The notes under the pieces are model-generated. The model searched no databases. It was not told the origin of the DNA and saw nothing but the letters and a program-made list of their open reading frames with translations. This document shows positions 25,603 to 38,700 of a DNA stretch of 64,000 bases, one piece after another. Position 1 is the stretch's first letter. Each line of letters opens with the position of its first letter. The stretch is from Mobula hypostoma (lineage: Eukaryota). The stretch covers positions 96,722,001 to 96,786,000 of the forward strand of contig NC_086108.1 in assembly GCF_963921235.1 (NCBI RefSeq). Direction: 5' to 3'. A program made the position numbers and the translations under genes.

Positions 25603-26016
25603 AGATTAGATTAGATTACATTATGAGGACATGCAGTCCTCTTTTATTGTCATTTAGTAATGCAAGCATTAAGAAATGATACAATATTTCTCCGGTATGA
25701 TATCACAGAAACACAGTACAGACCAAGACTGAAAAACTGACAAAAACCACGTAATTATAACATATAGTTACAACAGTGCAACAATACCATAACTTGATGA
25801 AGAACAGGCCATGGGCACGGTAAAAAAAGTTCGAAGTCTCTCAAAAGTCCCACATCTCACACAGACCGGAGAAGGAAGAAAACTCTCCCTGCCATGCCCG
25901 ACCATAGTCCGACTCTGAGTCATCCGAAAACTTCGAGCCTCCAATCAGCCCTCCGACACCGAGCACCGAGCACCATCTCTGCCAAGCGCTTCGATCCCAG
26001 CCCCGACCGCCAACAG
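25603..26016 (-). mobile_element. Non-coding retroposon (copy 2) with (TCTAA)n tail
   Basis: ttagattagattaga tail; cagtt duplicated at the junctions; interrupts the RTE frame; homologous to 19095-19705. Confidence 0.75.
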
Positions 26017-27107
26017 CAGTTTGTAGTTATTAATGGTAATGACTGGTATGCCTCCACATCTCGTCCCAAGACAGTTGTCTCTTTCAAGCTGAAAGACAGA
26101 CCAAATTTCTTGCAGGCCTCTGAGAAGTGATCCGTCAAGTTCTGTAAGTGGTGCGGAGTGTGGGTTGCAACTGCTGCATCATCAGCAAACAGCATGACCC
26201 TGATCATAGCCTCATGCACTTTGGTTTTGGCTCCCAGGCAGGCAAAGTTAAAAAGCTTGCCATCTGACCTAGTGTGGAGGTAGACCTCCTCTGTTGTAAT
26301 GCCAAATGTGTGCCTCAGGAAAAGGGCAAGAAGATCCTGAAGAGCACTGGGGCAAGAACACAGCCTTGCTTAACACCACTGCTTATGTCAAAAGGTTTCG
26401 AATAGCTGCCATTGTACCACACAGTCCCATTCATTTTGTTGTGGAAGGTTTTGATCGTGCTCTGTAATCTTGGCAGACAGCCTATCTTAGAGAGGATCTG
26501 AAAGAGCCCATCTCTGTTGACCAAGTCAAATGTCTTGGTGAGATCAATGAATACAACAGAGAGAAGATTCTTTAGGAGTTCTTCTTCTGCAGTTAGCAGA
26601 GAGAGAAAAACACATCCACAGTTGACCTTCCAGCACGGAAGCCACTCTGTGACTCTAGATAGACACATTCAGCCAACTTCTGTATGCAGACCAAAAAGAC
26701 TCAGTCAAAGACTTTGCCAACAACATTTAAGAGGGAGATGCCCCTGTAGATGTTACAGTCACTTCTCTCAAATTTGTTTTTGTGGAGAGAAATGAACTTG
26801 GTGTCCCTCATATCCTTCTTGCCAGCACTGGCAAAGGACGTCATGCAGCCGGTGCAGTAGGGTAGTCATGCAGTGCTTGATTGTCTGGGGGAATCCCATC
26901 AATGACTGGGGCCTTCCCTGAGGCTAAGCTGCTGGTGGCATTGCTGAGCTCCTCTAGGGTTGCCTCTGCATCTAGTTCTTTCATTGTCAGCAGGCACTCT
27001 GTGATGTCCAGGGCTGAGGTAGTCACAGTGTTCACTTTGGAGTAGAGGTCAGAGTAATGTTCTATCCATCTCTCCATTTGTTTGCCCATGTTGTGATTAC
27101 CTCCCAT

Positions 27108-27870
27108 TGAACTGAATTGAATTGAATGATCTTTATTGTCATTATACATAGGTACAATGAAACTCTGTTTGGCTTCCTCTCAGGCAATTAAATTAAGTTA
27201 TAGATAAAAACAAGACAGTAATAGAAAAACAGTATTAAATAGGTAAGTAGCAGCAGCACCAGAATATCACAGTAATGCACAAAGTGCCATTAGTGCAAGT
27301 ATTTGAGTCATTGTGTGTGCATGTGTGTGCTCACAGTTTCAGTCATTGTTCTGTGGGAGTGGTGTGATGGAGGCCACAGCTCTGGGATAGAAGCTGTTCC
27401 TCAGTGTATTTGTTCTGGTTTTTAGTGTCCTGAACCTTTTGCTGGACGGCAGCGGGTCAAACAGGGAGTGGCCAGGGTGTGTGGTGTCTCTGGTTATGCT
27501 GATTGCTTTCCTCCTGAGTCTGCTGGAATAGATGGTGTCCAGTCCTGGGAGCTCCATCCTGACAATTCGCTGGGCCGCCTTCACCACGCGATGCAGGTCT
27601 TGTCGCTCAGCGGCTGTGCAGCTGGCATACCACACTGTGGCGCTGTTGGTCAGGATGGTTTCAATTGTCCTTCTGTAGAAGTTAAGCAACAGCTTTTGTG
27701 GGAGTTTGGCCTGTTTCAGCTTTCTGAGGAAGAAGAGTCGTTGTTGTGTCTTTTTTACAAGCAGTGAGGTGTTGGTGGTCCAGGTCAGCGGTTTTGACAA
27801 CATAACTCTAAGGAACTTTAGGTTTTCCGCACTTTCCACTACCTCTCCATGTATATGGAGGGGATTTATG
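27108..27870 (-). mobile_element. Rex1/Babar-like LINE 3' fragment (young)
   Basis: Open frame 27339..27839 KKTQQRLFFLRKL...HPGHSLFDPLPSSKRFR...NSFYPRAV; ttgaa-repeat tail. Confidence 0.85.
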
Positions 27871-29699
27871 ATGGATTTATGGAGGGGGGTTTATGATGTA
27901 TATGATGGATTTGAAGGAATGCCTGACCAGGATCAAGTCCAGCTGGTGACAGTGTCTGGAGCGAGGGTGCTTCCAGGAAACCTCATGTTGAAACTTGATC
28001 TGGAAATATGAGTTGGTGATGCATAGATCATCATAGGTGCAGCACTCCAGAATCGCTGTCTGCTCTTGATCATCTTGCCCATGGCAAAGTGATCTAGGCA
28101 GGAGGGCCATGAGTTATCATCTGCACCCACTCTGGCGTTAAAGTCACCCTGGAGAAGAAGATGTTCCTTGCTGGGGGTATTCCTGATGATGGCAGCATGG
28201 TTCTCATAAAACTCATCCTTTGCCTCAGGTGTAGAGCACAGTGTGGGAGCGTACACACCGACAGAGGAACTGGATCTTCAGTGGTGTTGAGGCAAAGAGT
28301 AAGAAGTCGATCAGATCCATTGCTGCCTGGTTTCACCATCTTCCACAAGCGTTCCTCACTGTAAAGCCTACTCCATTCTCTCTGGGCTTATCAGGAACCT
28401 TCTCTTGCCAGAAAAAGGTGTTGTCCTTCTCCTTCAGTGTGCACGAGTCAGCCAGACATGTCTTCTGGAGGGTAGCTATGTCAATGTGAAGTCCCTTGAG
28501 CTCCTCTTTTATTACAGCTGTCTTTTGACATCACTGATGTCTTGGAAGTCATCATTGTTCGATCATTCTAACTCCCAGTTTTAGAGCTGGTCTCTTTTTT
28601 CTGTTGTCTTGCCTGGTGCAGTGTTTTCAGTCTGCAGTTCGGATAATACCTACTCCCCATGCACCCAGTGAGGAAAACAGACCATGGGGGGACAGCACCT
28701 TTTTGACCAGAGGCTGCCCAGCTTAAGTTGGGCGGCGGCTGTCCAATGAGATCTAAGAATCTCGGCAGCAACACTCTAAGTTAATCGAGCATAGTGACTT
28801 ATATCTGGTAACTGCTGCTTTCTGTTTTGTGTCAACACCACGAGGTGAAGCAACTGTGTCCTCTCCTGAATAGTGTCAACTCTGCAAGGTGAAGTCGATA
28901 CTCAAGCCAGTACATAAGCCAGGGTAGTACAATATGGAGAGCAAGCTGTTGCCTATGTAGCAGACTACCCGTCTCCATGCAGCTGATGAATCCAAAGGAA
29001 CGGCAGAAACTGATACAGTTTGGCACAAGCGGCATTGCAGGAATTGCCAGTCAGCGTTGAACTCAATGTAGGACGGCCTTAGGGACTCCACCAACGAATT
29101 TTTCATTGGGGTTTACTCCCGAAGCCTTTCCCATGAGTGGGTATAGGCACAAGGCAGCAGAGGTTTGAGATGAGGGTTTTCCTTCTCCAAGATGTGAAAG
29201 ACAACAAGGATATCTGCATCATCTGGATCTTGACAGGTACCCTTGAGTTCTGGACCAGCGTTCTCTGTTAGCTTCATTAATCCCTGTTACTTCCAATGAA
29301 GCTTAATGAGTTCAGTAATTGGTGGCATTACCAAGGATTATAAAGGCTTCCCACTTCCCACTTTGGCAGCACATATACTAAGCAAAAAGGCCTTTCTGAC
29401 CCAGTTACACCAATACTGTGTTAGAACCCTATCCTACCATACCTTGCCTATTTAAATGTTTTTTAGTTATTATTGTAACTGATCCCATACCTCCTCTAGC
29501 AGCGCATCCCAGACATCAACCACTCTGTGTAAAAAAAATTTCTGTTACAGATCCTATTTGAGCTTCTACCTCTCACCTTAAAGCTATGCCTTCTTTATTT
29601 CTGATGGCCCTACCATGGGAAAAAGATGATGACTTTCTACCCTATCCGAATCTTATATATTTTTATCAGGTAGGGCAAGGTGGGGAAGGACTACTTCTC

Positions 29700-29880
29700 T
29701 TCCTGGAGAGGGAGGAAACCCCTCAATTATTGTGGTATTTAATAAAAAACCCCAGATGCCATGAGTGGCAGCAGTGCTGGAACAGTATGAAAAACATTGA
29801 CAATATATGTGGAAAGGCATGTAACGGTTTACTCTTGTAAATTTTTTTTATTGTGAATAAAGTTTATTTTGTTAAAAGAA
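29700..29880 (+). mobile_element. Possible L1/Tx1-like 3' end inside CR1 remnants (29380-30200, minus)
   Basis: gtgaataaagtttattttgttaaaagaaa polyA-type end. Confidence 0.4.
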
Positions 29881-30299
29881 ATATACATATTTTACAGGTA
29901 ACTTCTGGTTTCTTTCCCCCTTCATTTTCAATCCTGATGAAGGGTTTTAGTTTCCTATGGATGTTGCCTGATCTACTGAGTTCCTCCAACGTTTTGTGCT
30001 TCTGGATTTCCAGCATCTGCAGAATCTCTTGTGTTTACTTTTTTACATGTCACTCCTGAGTTTCCTTTGCTCCAGGAAAACAAGCCCAGTCATCTATTTT
30101 TTTCCCCATGACTGAAGTCCTGCAATCCAGGCAACATTCTGGTAAAAGTTCTTTGGGCTCTCTTCAGCACCACCACATCCTTCATTTGGAGTGGCAACGT
30201 AGCTCAGGAAGTAAAGGTTTGGACTGTTGTTTGTCTAACCTGGAAGCAGCTCTCCAGTCTTGGAGCACACCCTCTAGAAATTAATGAGAAATGTGCAGA

Positions 30300-33200
30300 G
30301 TTCAAGGTCAAGTTTAAGTTCAAGTTTATTGTCGTCTGTAATATACAACCAACATTCCTCCAGACCACGGTGCACCCACAATACATATATCACACACAGC
30401 ACATAAAACGTCACCACAAATAAGTTAATGAAATATAATTAAAAGTGCATGTATTGCACAGCACAAGTAAATAGTAAGCAGTACAGCAAACAGTAAGCTG
30501 TCCTAGTGACAAGACCTCAGTGGTGGCAGGGTATTCATAGTCTCACAGCCTGAGAGAAGGAGCTGATACCCAGTCTGGCAGTCCTAGTCCTGATTTTTCT
30601 GTACCTCCTTCCTGACAGTAGTGGGTCAAAAAGATTGTGAGATGGGTGGTAGGGATCCTCAACAATGCTTTTGGCCCTTCATATACAACACTCCCAGTAA
30701 GTGTCACAATTTATGGGAAGGGAGACCCCAGTGATCCTCTCGGCAGTTTATACTGTCCTCTGTGGGGTCTTACAGTCCTATGCCTTGCAGCTTTTGTACC
30801 ACATAACAGCCAGACAGGACACTTGGTGGTGCTCTTGGAGAAAGTTGTCACAATGGGGCAGTAGCCTTGCACGCATCAATCTCCTCAGAAAGCTGCTGTG
30901 CTTTCTTGACTAATGAGGTGCATGGGTTCGGGTTAGATTGTCTGCTATGTGCGCACCGAGGAACTTTGTGCTCTTTACTCTCTCCACAGGAGAGCCATTG
31001 ATATGCAATGGAAAGTGGTCAAACTGCACCTTCCTATAGTTCACAAACATCTCATTTGACTTGTCCAGGTTGAAACAGAGGTTCTTATTCTCACACCATT
31101 TGATAAGCCTCTCTACCTTCTCTCTGTATGTTGACTCATCATTGTTGCTGATGAGGTTAACCACTGTTGCATCATCAGTGAACTTAATTATGTGGTTTGA
31201 GCTGTATCTAGCAGTGCAGTCGTGAGTCAGCAATGTGAACTGCACTAGTGCTCATCATAACGGAGTTTGAGATGTTGCTACCAACTCGGACTAATGGGGG
31301 TCTTTCCGTCAATGAGTCCAAGATCCAGTTACAGAGAAGGGTGCTGATCCCAATGAGGCCAGTTTACCCGCCAGCCTCTGAGGGATGATCATGTTAAACT
31401 CCGAGCTGAGATTGATGAACAACAACCTGGCGTTTGTGGAATAATTTTCCTGGTGGGACAGGACAAAGTAGAGGACTGAGGCATCAGTGCACCAGTTTGA
31501 GCGGTAGGCAAACTGGAAAGGGCCTGATGTAGCTGGAAAGTGTGATTTTATACAATCCATAACCAGCTGCTCTCAGCACTTCATGATTGATGAGGTCCGT
31601 GCCACTGGGAGGTAATTGTTTAGGCCAGTTACCATCGCTCTCTTAGGCACTGGAGTGATGGTGGCTGTAGGGACAGTGGACTGTTGCAAAAAAGGTATTA
31701 AAGATGTCCATTGTTACCTGGGCGGCACAATCCCTCAGCTCTGATCAAGTATTTTGACCAGTCCAAGCAACACACACAAAATGCCGGAGGAACTCAGCAG
31801 GCCAGGCGGCATCTATGGAAAAGAGTACAGTCGACATTTCGGGCCAAGACCCTCCATCAGGACTGGAGGGGAAAAAAGATGAGGAGTCAGAGTAAGAGGG
31901 TGGGAGGAGGGGAAGAAGAAACACAAGGTGATAGGTGAAACTGGGTGCAGTGGAGGGGTGAAGTAAAAAGCTGAGAAATTGATGGGTGAAAGAGATACAA
32001 GGCTGGAAAAGGGGGAATCTGATAGGAGAGGGAAGAAAGAAAAAGGGGAGGAGCACCAGAGGGAGGTAAGGAGATAAAGTGAGAGAAGGAAATGTGAATG
32101 GGGAATGGTGAAGGGGGGGGCATTACTGGAAGTTCGAGAAATTGAAGTTCATGCCATCAGGTTGGAGGCTACCCTGATGGAATATGAGGTGTTGCTCCTC
32201 CAACCTGAGCGTGGCCTCATCATGACAGTAGAAGAGGTCATGGACTGACATGTCGGAATGGGAATAGGAAATGGAATTAAAATGGGTGGCCACTAGGAGA
32301 TCCCACTTTTTCTGGCAGATGGAGCGTAGGTGCTTTGCAAAGCAGTCTCCTAGTCTATGTCGGGTCTCATCAGTTCCACAGTTTTGTGTGGGTTTACCCT
32401 GGTTAGGATCCTCTTTACCTTAACAGGGTGCCTGTTCCTCAGGGAGAGAGGTGTATTTTCTCTGTGTTACATCATTCATTACATAGAAGGCATTTAGCCT
32501 ATCAGGCAGGGAGGCCTCACTGTCGTTGACGCCTGGGTGGATTTGTAATCTGTTATGATTTATATTTCTTGTCCCATGCACTGTGTGTTTCTGGTGTCAC
32601 AAAAGTGGCCATGAGTTTTCTGTGCATCTCTCGCTTTGCCTTCCTGATAGCATGCTAGAGCACGGCTCTTGCTGTTTTCCGATCTAAAGTCAGCATACTG
32701 ATCCCTAAGCAGTGTATGAACTTCTGCAGTTAAACATGTTTTCTAGTTTGCCTTGGAAGTGTAGTGTTTGATCACAGTTAACCTGATTAAGCACTCAGTG
32801 CATTTTCCTACGTAGCCAGTCACTGATCTTGCATATCCATCAATGTTGATGTGATGATAGCAGAGGACATTCCCAATGGGTATGCCCCAGTCGGTGCTTT
32901 CAAAACAGTCCTGATCCTGATCTCCCTGTAAACTGGTTTGACTTGTTTAATCAATGGTCCGTATATAGGGATTAGTAACACAGACATGAGAAAATCTGCA
33001 AATGCTGAAGGGCCAAGGCAACACACACAAAATGCTGGAGGAACTCAGCAGGCCAGGCAGCATCTATGGAAAATAGTACACAGTCGATGTTTTGGGCTGA
33101 GACCCTTCATTAGCAAAATGGAGATGTGGTCTGAGTATTCAAGGTGAGAGTGGGGGGTGGGGAAAATGCCCTGTCGGCTCCATGAATGTTGGCATAGAAG

Positions 33201-34085
33201 ACCACATCAAATACATTCTCTCATTTAGATGCCAAGTTGACATGCGGTAGAACTTTGGCAGGATTGTTTTTAAGTTGGCATGATTGAAGTCACCAGCAAC
33301 AATGAAGATGCCATTGCGATGAGTGACTTTGAGGTTGCAGATGATGCCGTAGAGCTCCTGCAGTGCTGCTGCAGCATTACTACAAAGTGGATGTACTGTA
33401 AACAGCAACAATCACAATGGCAGTGAACTCCCTTGGTAACTAGAAGGGCCTGCACTTCACCATTAACAACTATCTACGGTGAGCAGTGGTCTGTTACAAC
33501 TGGGGCATTCACACACCATTTCTTACTAACATAACACACAGACCTCCTCAACGGGTCTTATAGAAGGTCGCAGCATTTCTGTCTGCCTGAGAAGAGATTT
33601 GGCCTTTTAGTTGGATTGCCGAGTCTGGAGAGGTGTCCTGAAGCCACGTTTCTGTCAAGGTGAGTGTGTAGCAGTCCCTCATCTCCTGATGGTCCAAATG
33701 CTGACACAGGTAATTCATCTTATTTTCTAGCGATTGGACGTTAACAAGTAGAATCGTCGGGAGAGCAGGCCTGCAGGGATCCGCTTTCAGTCTTGCTCGA
33801 ATACTGACATGCCTACTGTGCATCTGCATCCTTGTGTACCGCTTCTGACATTTGCTTCCCCAGTTAGCTGTAGTAGGCCGTGGTATGGAGCAAGGGCCCA
33901 CTCCACGCATTAGGCTGTAACTGTGCAGCGCTTTCATTTCCCGCTTGCTAGCGAGGTAGATTTGGAGATTTTATTATTCTTTATGATCAGTGGTGTTTTT
34001 TGATCATAGAAAAGATGAATAGGACAAGAAATTTCACTATTGATTGGTGCCAGAGAGGCTGCTGCAACCATGCGTGCTGCAATCT
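30300..34085 (-). mobile_element. Rex1/Babar-like LINE, long degenerate copy (endonuclease and RT) with nested Penelope pieces
   Basis: PALPTILLVNVQSLENKM...LTETWL, IVAGDFNHANL, FQFAYRSN, IIKFTDDATVV. Confidence 0.85.
31762..32370 (-). mobile_element. Penelope-like 3' end (GIY-YIG tail, pLTR, mutated hammerhead)
   Basis: Homologous to 43850-44476; minus strand cagtcctgatggagggtcttggcccgaaatgtcgactg. Confidence 0.85.
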
Positions 34086-34364
34086 TTTTGGTTTCTTCAC
34101 TGTGTGGATTTGCAAGAACGTGGTGGTCATGACCATTTAGAAGGACAATTAAGGGAGAGTCATGTTGATGTGGGGTGGAATTTCATATGACCATACTTGT
34201 AGGGTGGATCGTCTTTTATAATGGGATGTCAGTAAACCAATGGATTTTAATGGTAATCAGGCAGCTTTTACTTTCACTTCTTCAGGCCTTTCCCTTAAGT
34301 AGAATTTAAATTGTTATCCTCTCAAAATTGCTGTATAAGGCATATGAAATGTTGAAATTGACCC

Positions 34365-35030
34365 CACATCCACCATTTACACTGGCAGCTTATTCCACGC
34401 TCTCACCACTGTCTCATGTTCTCCTTAAATATTTCACCTTTCATCCTTAACCCATGACCTCTAGTTGTAGTGTCAGCCAACTTCAGTGGAAAAAGCCTGC
34501 TTTCATTTACCCTCATAATTTTGTATACCTCTATCAAATCTCCCCTCAACCTTCTACGTTCTAGGGAATAAGGTCCTAACCTATTCAGCCTTTCCCCATA
34601 ACTCAGGTCCTCAAGTCCTGACAACATCCTTGTAAATTTTCTTTGCACTCTTTCTATCTTATTTACATCTTTCCTGTAGGTAGGTGACCAAAACTGGACG
34701 TAATACTCCAAATTAGGCCTCACCAATGTCTTATACAATTTCAACATGATATCCCAACTCCTGTTCTCAATACATTGATTTACGAAGGCCAGTGTGCCAA
34801 AAGATTTCGCTATGACTGCGTCTACCTGTGAAACAACTTTCAAGGAATTATGGATCTGTATTCCCAGATTCCTCTGTTTCACAACATTCCTTAGTGCCCT
34901 ACCGCTCACTGTGTAAGACCTACCGTGGTTAGTCTTCTGAAAGTGCAATACCTCACACCTCTCTGCATTAAATTCCATCTGCCATTTTCAGACCATTTCT
35001 CTAGCTGGTCCACATTCTGCTGCCAGCTTT
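34365..35030 (-). mobile_element. CR1 LINE ORF2 C-terminal fragment
   Basis: ORF 34403..34978 MEFNAERCEVLHF...LYKTLVRPNLEYYVQFWSP...RRRLRGDLIEVYKIM. Confidence 0.9.
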
Positions 35031-36440
35031 GAGCTTTGATCAACATTTCAAAACTTGCAATTCTTTTTCCTTGATAAATTAACCATCAATAATGTGTTGA
35101 CACTGCTTAATCCTTATGAAAAAAGATATTATCACCTTTGGCACTGGGTTAGTTGAGGGGTCGGTGAAACAGATGATTGGAAGAATTGTCTGTGATACAT
35201 GTTAGTCTCGTCACACAACGTCACTATAAATTAGAGACATTTGTCTACTTTACTCATGCACAAATGTGCAAGCAGTTTTACCTGGGACAGATTACACCAG
35301 TGATCATTTCAGGTAAAATTATGCCCACCAGGAATTGTGTATCTGCAACCTGACAACCTTCTGATACCACAGACCCAAAGACATGACAGGTCAGCTTGTA
35401 CATTGTAATTTTCTTTATTTGTCATTATATATTGCAACTTTTAGTTTTGATCACAAACAAGAGAAAATCTGCAGATGTTGGAAATCTGAGCAACACACAC
35501 AAAATGCTGGTGGAACTCAGCAGGTCAGGCAGCATCTAGAAAAAGAGTACAGTTGAGGTTTCCGGCCGAAACCCTCCGGCAGGACTGATCTCCAACTTTC
35601 ATTCAGAAAATGGTAAAAAGCTTGCAGCACATGGTGGATTGAACAGGGATGATACGTTAAGTGATAGGTCAACAAATTGACATTAAGCATTGCATTTTCC
35701 CTTTTCACATTTGCTAGCTGACTGGCTGAGAGTTCCCAGCACCTTCTGGTTTTAATTCAGATTTACAGCATCTGTAGTAATTGATTTCTAACTTCTAAGC
35801 ATTTCTGTTTATCTTTTATTTGGAGGTCAAGTTTTTTAGTTATGCAATGAAGTTTGTATCACTTATAATGTACTCATTCTTTTTCTGTTATAGCCCATGA
35901 TTCAGTGCAGAGATGTCTTCAGTAGAGCATGAAACTTCCTTAATAGTATCACAAACTGTTATCACATAAGGCATTAGTCAGACAGGAATCCTATAAATCA
36001 CTGCAGCAGTGAGAAACAGTAACTGTGGAAGGCACAACACTGGTACCAACCTACCCACAATCAAGGACATATAGAGAAAGGTGCTAGAACAAGGCCAGTA
36101 ACATCATGAAGGATTCCACCCATTCTGCTCATAGACTGTTTGTCACACTTCCATTGGGTGGAGGCTACGTGGCATCCATGACAAAATCACCAGACTCAAA
36201 AGTACTACTTCCCCAAGCAGTAAGGCTGATCAACACATCCACCCACTAACCTACCCCTTCACAGCCCCCACCACCACTACTTTATCATTTCCTGTCAATC
36301 ACCTTATGTACAAAGGCTCTTGTGCCTAGTATCAATTTATGGACAATCAATCAATGTATATAAGCTATCTCATGTAGTTATATTTATTGTGTTTTTTAAA
36401 TTATTGGGTTCTTGTTTTTTTTGTGCTGCATCGGATCCGA

Positions 36441-36575
36441 CCTGACGAAGGGTCTTGGCCCGAAATGTCAACTGTACCTCTTCCTAGAGATGCTGCCTGG
36501 CCTGCTGCGTTCACCAGCAACTTTGATGTGTGTTGCTTGAATTTCCAGCATCTGCAGAATTCCTCGTGTTTGCGC
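36441..36575 (+). mobile_element. Solo Penelope pLTR with hammerhead core, inserted in a Rex1-like tail (36040-36640)
   Basis: cCTGACGAagggtcttggcccGAAAtgtcaactg...gaatttccagcatctgcagaattcctcgtgtttg; close to 44383-44510. Confidence 0.85.
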
Positions 36576-37407
36576 TAACAATTATTTTGTTGGCCTTTAC
36601 ACTTGTGTACTGGAAATGACATTAAGCAACCTTGAATCTTGAATCAAAGGTGGTAGAGTAATACCAGAAAACTGGTTGTGCTGGACTGCCCTTATATTAC
36701 TAAATTCTGCCCATTTTTCCTTTGTTTTTAACATTTCCTCTTTTAAAGCAGGGTATTAGACATAATGGAAAGTTAATTGTGTTTATTCACAAGATATAAT
36801 AGTCAGACCTATATATATGTAATACGCTCCACCAAATGTACATTAACTAGCATTTTACAAAAAAAAATCTTGTTGGTGTGCTGAGTAGGCAGGCAAGTAA
36901 AAAGCAGTCCTGGATTAGGAAACTGTAGCAACAGTCTTCAGGAAGCTGGAAAGAAGAACAAGCATTGTCTAAGTGTTTAATTTTCAACTTTGGCTCGGAA
37001 TCAGTTCCAGGTCATTTGGTCTTCCTGACTGTGACAGATAGAATTCCATAGCCAGCATGCCCTCATCAGGTAACTATTGTTCCTGGTGATTTACAGGTTC
37101 TTCATTATTTTCTGTACTTGTGTTTTGGTGCTGTAGGATTCTGATTATTCCCCTCTTCCACTCTTCATAAAACTCAGCCAAACCCCAAAAACCATGACAA
37201 TATCATATCTTATTTGTTCATCAGCCTTGCCCTTGCATTAATTTTCTGTCACCTGGGTTCATGTGAAAATGTGATAAGGAACAGCATGTTTTTGATATAA
37301 TCACCTTTGCATTTGAACCTCTGCAATGTCTTTACCTTTTTCCATCACTGTAGCCTGCTGGAGATCTCAAACCACTCCTTCCCAAGCAACTCTTTTCTGA
37401 CTGAACA

Positions 37408-38700
37408 TGTGGCACAGGAGTTAGCACTGCTAGTTCAGTCCCAAAGAGCCAGATTCAATTGTGGCCTTTGGTGCTGTCTGTATGTCTCTCCATATGAGGG
37501 TAGTAATAGATCGAGCATATTGCGCCTAGAGGTCAGTGACCGGTGGTGTTACACAGTGATCTGTTCTGGGACCCCTTGGTTTTTGTGATTTTAATGACTT
37601 GGATAAGGAAGTGGGGTGGTAGGTTAGTAAGTTTGCAAATGACATGAAGGTTGGTGGAGTTGTGGTTACTGTAGAAGGTGGTAGTAGGTTACAACGGGCC
37701 ATTGATAACATGCTGAGCTGGACTGAGAGGTGGCAGATGGAGTTCAATTTGGAGTGTGAAGTGATTCACTCTGAAAGGTCGAACTTGAAGCCAGAATACA
37801 GGGTTAGTGGCAGATTCTTAACAGAGTGGAGGATTTGAAGAATCTATGGATGTGGATCTTGATACACATCCATAGATTCTTCAAAGTTGCAACATGGGTT
37901 GGTACAGTGGTTAAGAAGGCGTATGGTATGTTGGCCTTTATTACTCTATAAATTTCTGGTAAGACTGCACTTTGAATATTGTATTCAGTTCCGGTTAACT
38001 TGTGAGAACATGGAATCTATAGAACGAGGGTGCAGAGATTTACCAGGATTAGAAAGCATGTCTCCTGCGAATAGGTTGAGCGAGCTAGGCCTTTTCTCTT
38101 TGGAGAGGAGGATGAGAGGTGACTTGATAGAGGTGCATAAGATGATAAGAGTCATCAATAGAGTGGACAGCAGAGACTTTTCTCCAGGGCAGAAATGGCT
38201 AATACAAGAGGACATAACTTTAAGGTGTTTGGAGGACAGTATGGGGGGACGTCAGAAATAGGTTTTTTACATAGAGAGTGGTAAGTATCCAGAATGCACA
38301 GCTGGGGTGGTTTACAGGCAGATACATTAGGGACATTTAAGAGACTTGGATAGGCACAGGATGAAAGGAAGATGGACGACTATGTGGGAGGGTAGGGTTA
38401 GATTGATCTTGGAGTAGGTTAAAAGGTCGGCACAAAATCGTAGGCCAAAGGCCTTGTTCTGTTCCATATTCTAAATATGTTTCTCCTGGGTACTCCGGCT
38501 TCCTTCCATATACCAAGGCATGGCAGGTTAATAGCTTGACTACTTTAAATTGTCCCTAATGCAGGTGGCTGAAAAGAAAGGTGTGGGATTTAATTGGGAT
38601 GCAAAAGGAATAAAAGAGTTAATGTAAATGGATGCTTTATGGTCAGCCTGGATGTGGTAGGCTAAAGGGCCTGTTTCTGTGCTGTTCAATTCTATTAGCT
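37408..38700 (+). mobile_element. V-SINE/HE1-like SINE split by a CR1 3' fragment (about 37510-38475)
   Basis: tRNA-like head gtggcacaggagttagcactgc; body tttctcctgggtactccggcttcc...aaattgtcccta; CR1 WTERWQMEFN and RMRGDLIEVHKM. Confidence 0.7.

Larger units (their letters stand above)
24860..28870 (-). mobile_element. RTE (BovB-like) LINE, near full length, degenerate, with two nested insertions
   Basis: APE endonuclease YAPTL...KDEFYE...GDFNARVG; RT FIDLTKTFDLVNRDGL, GVKQGCVLAP, MLFADDAAV. Confidence 0.9.
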
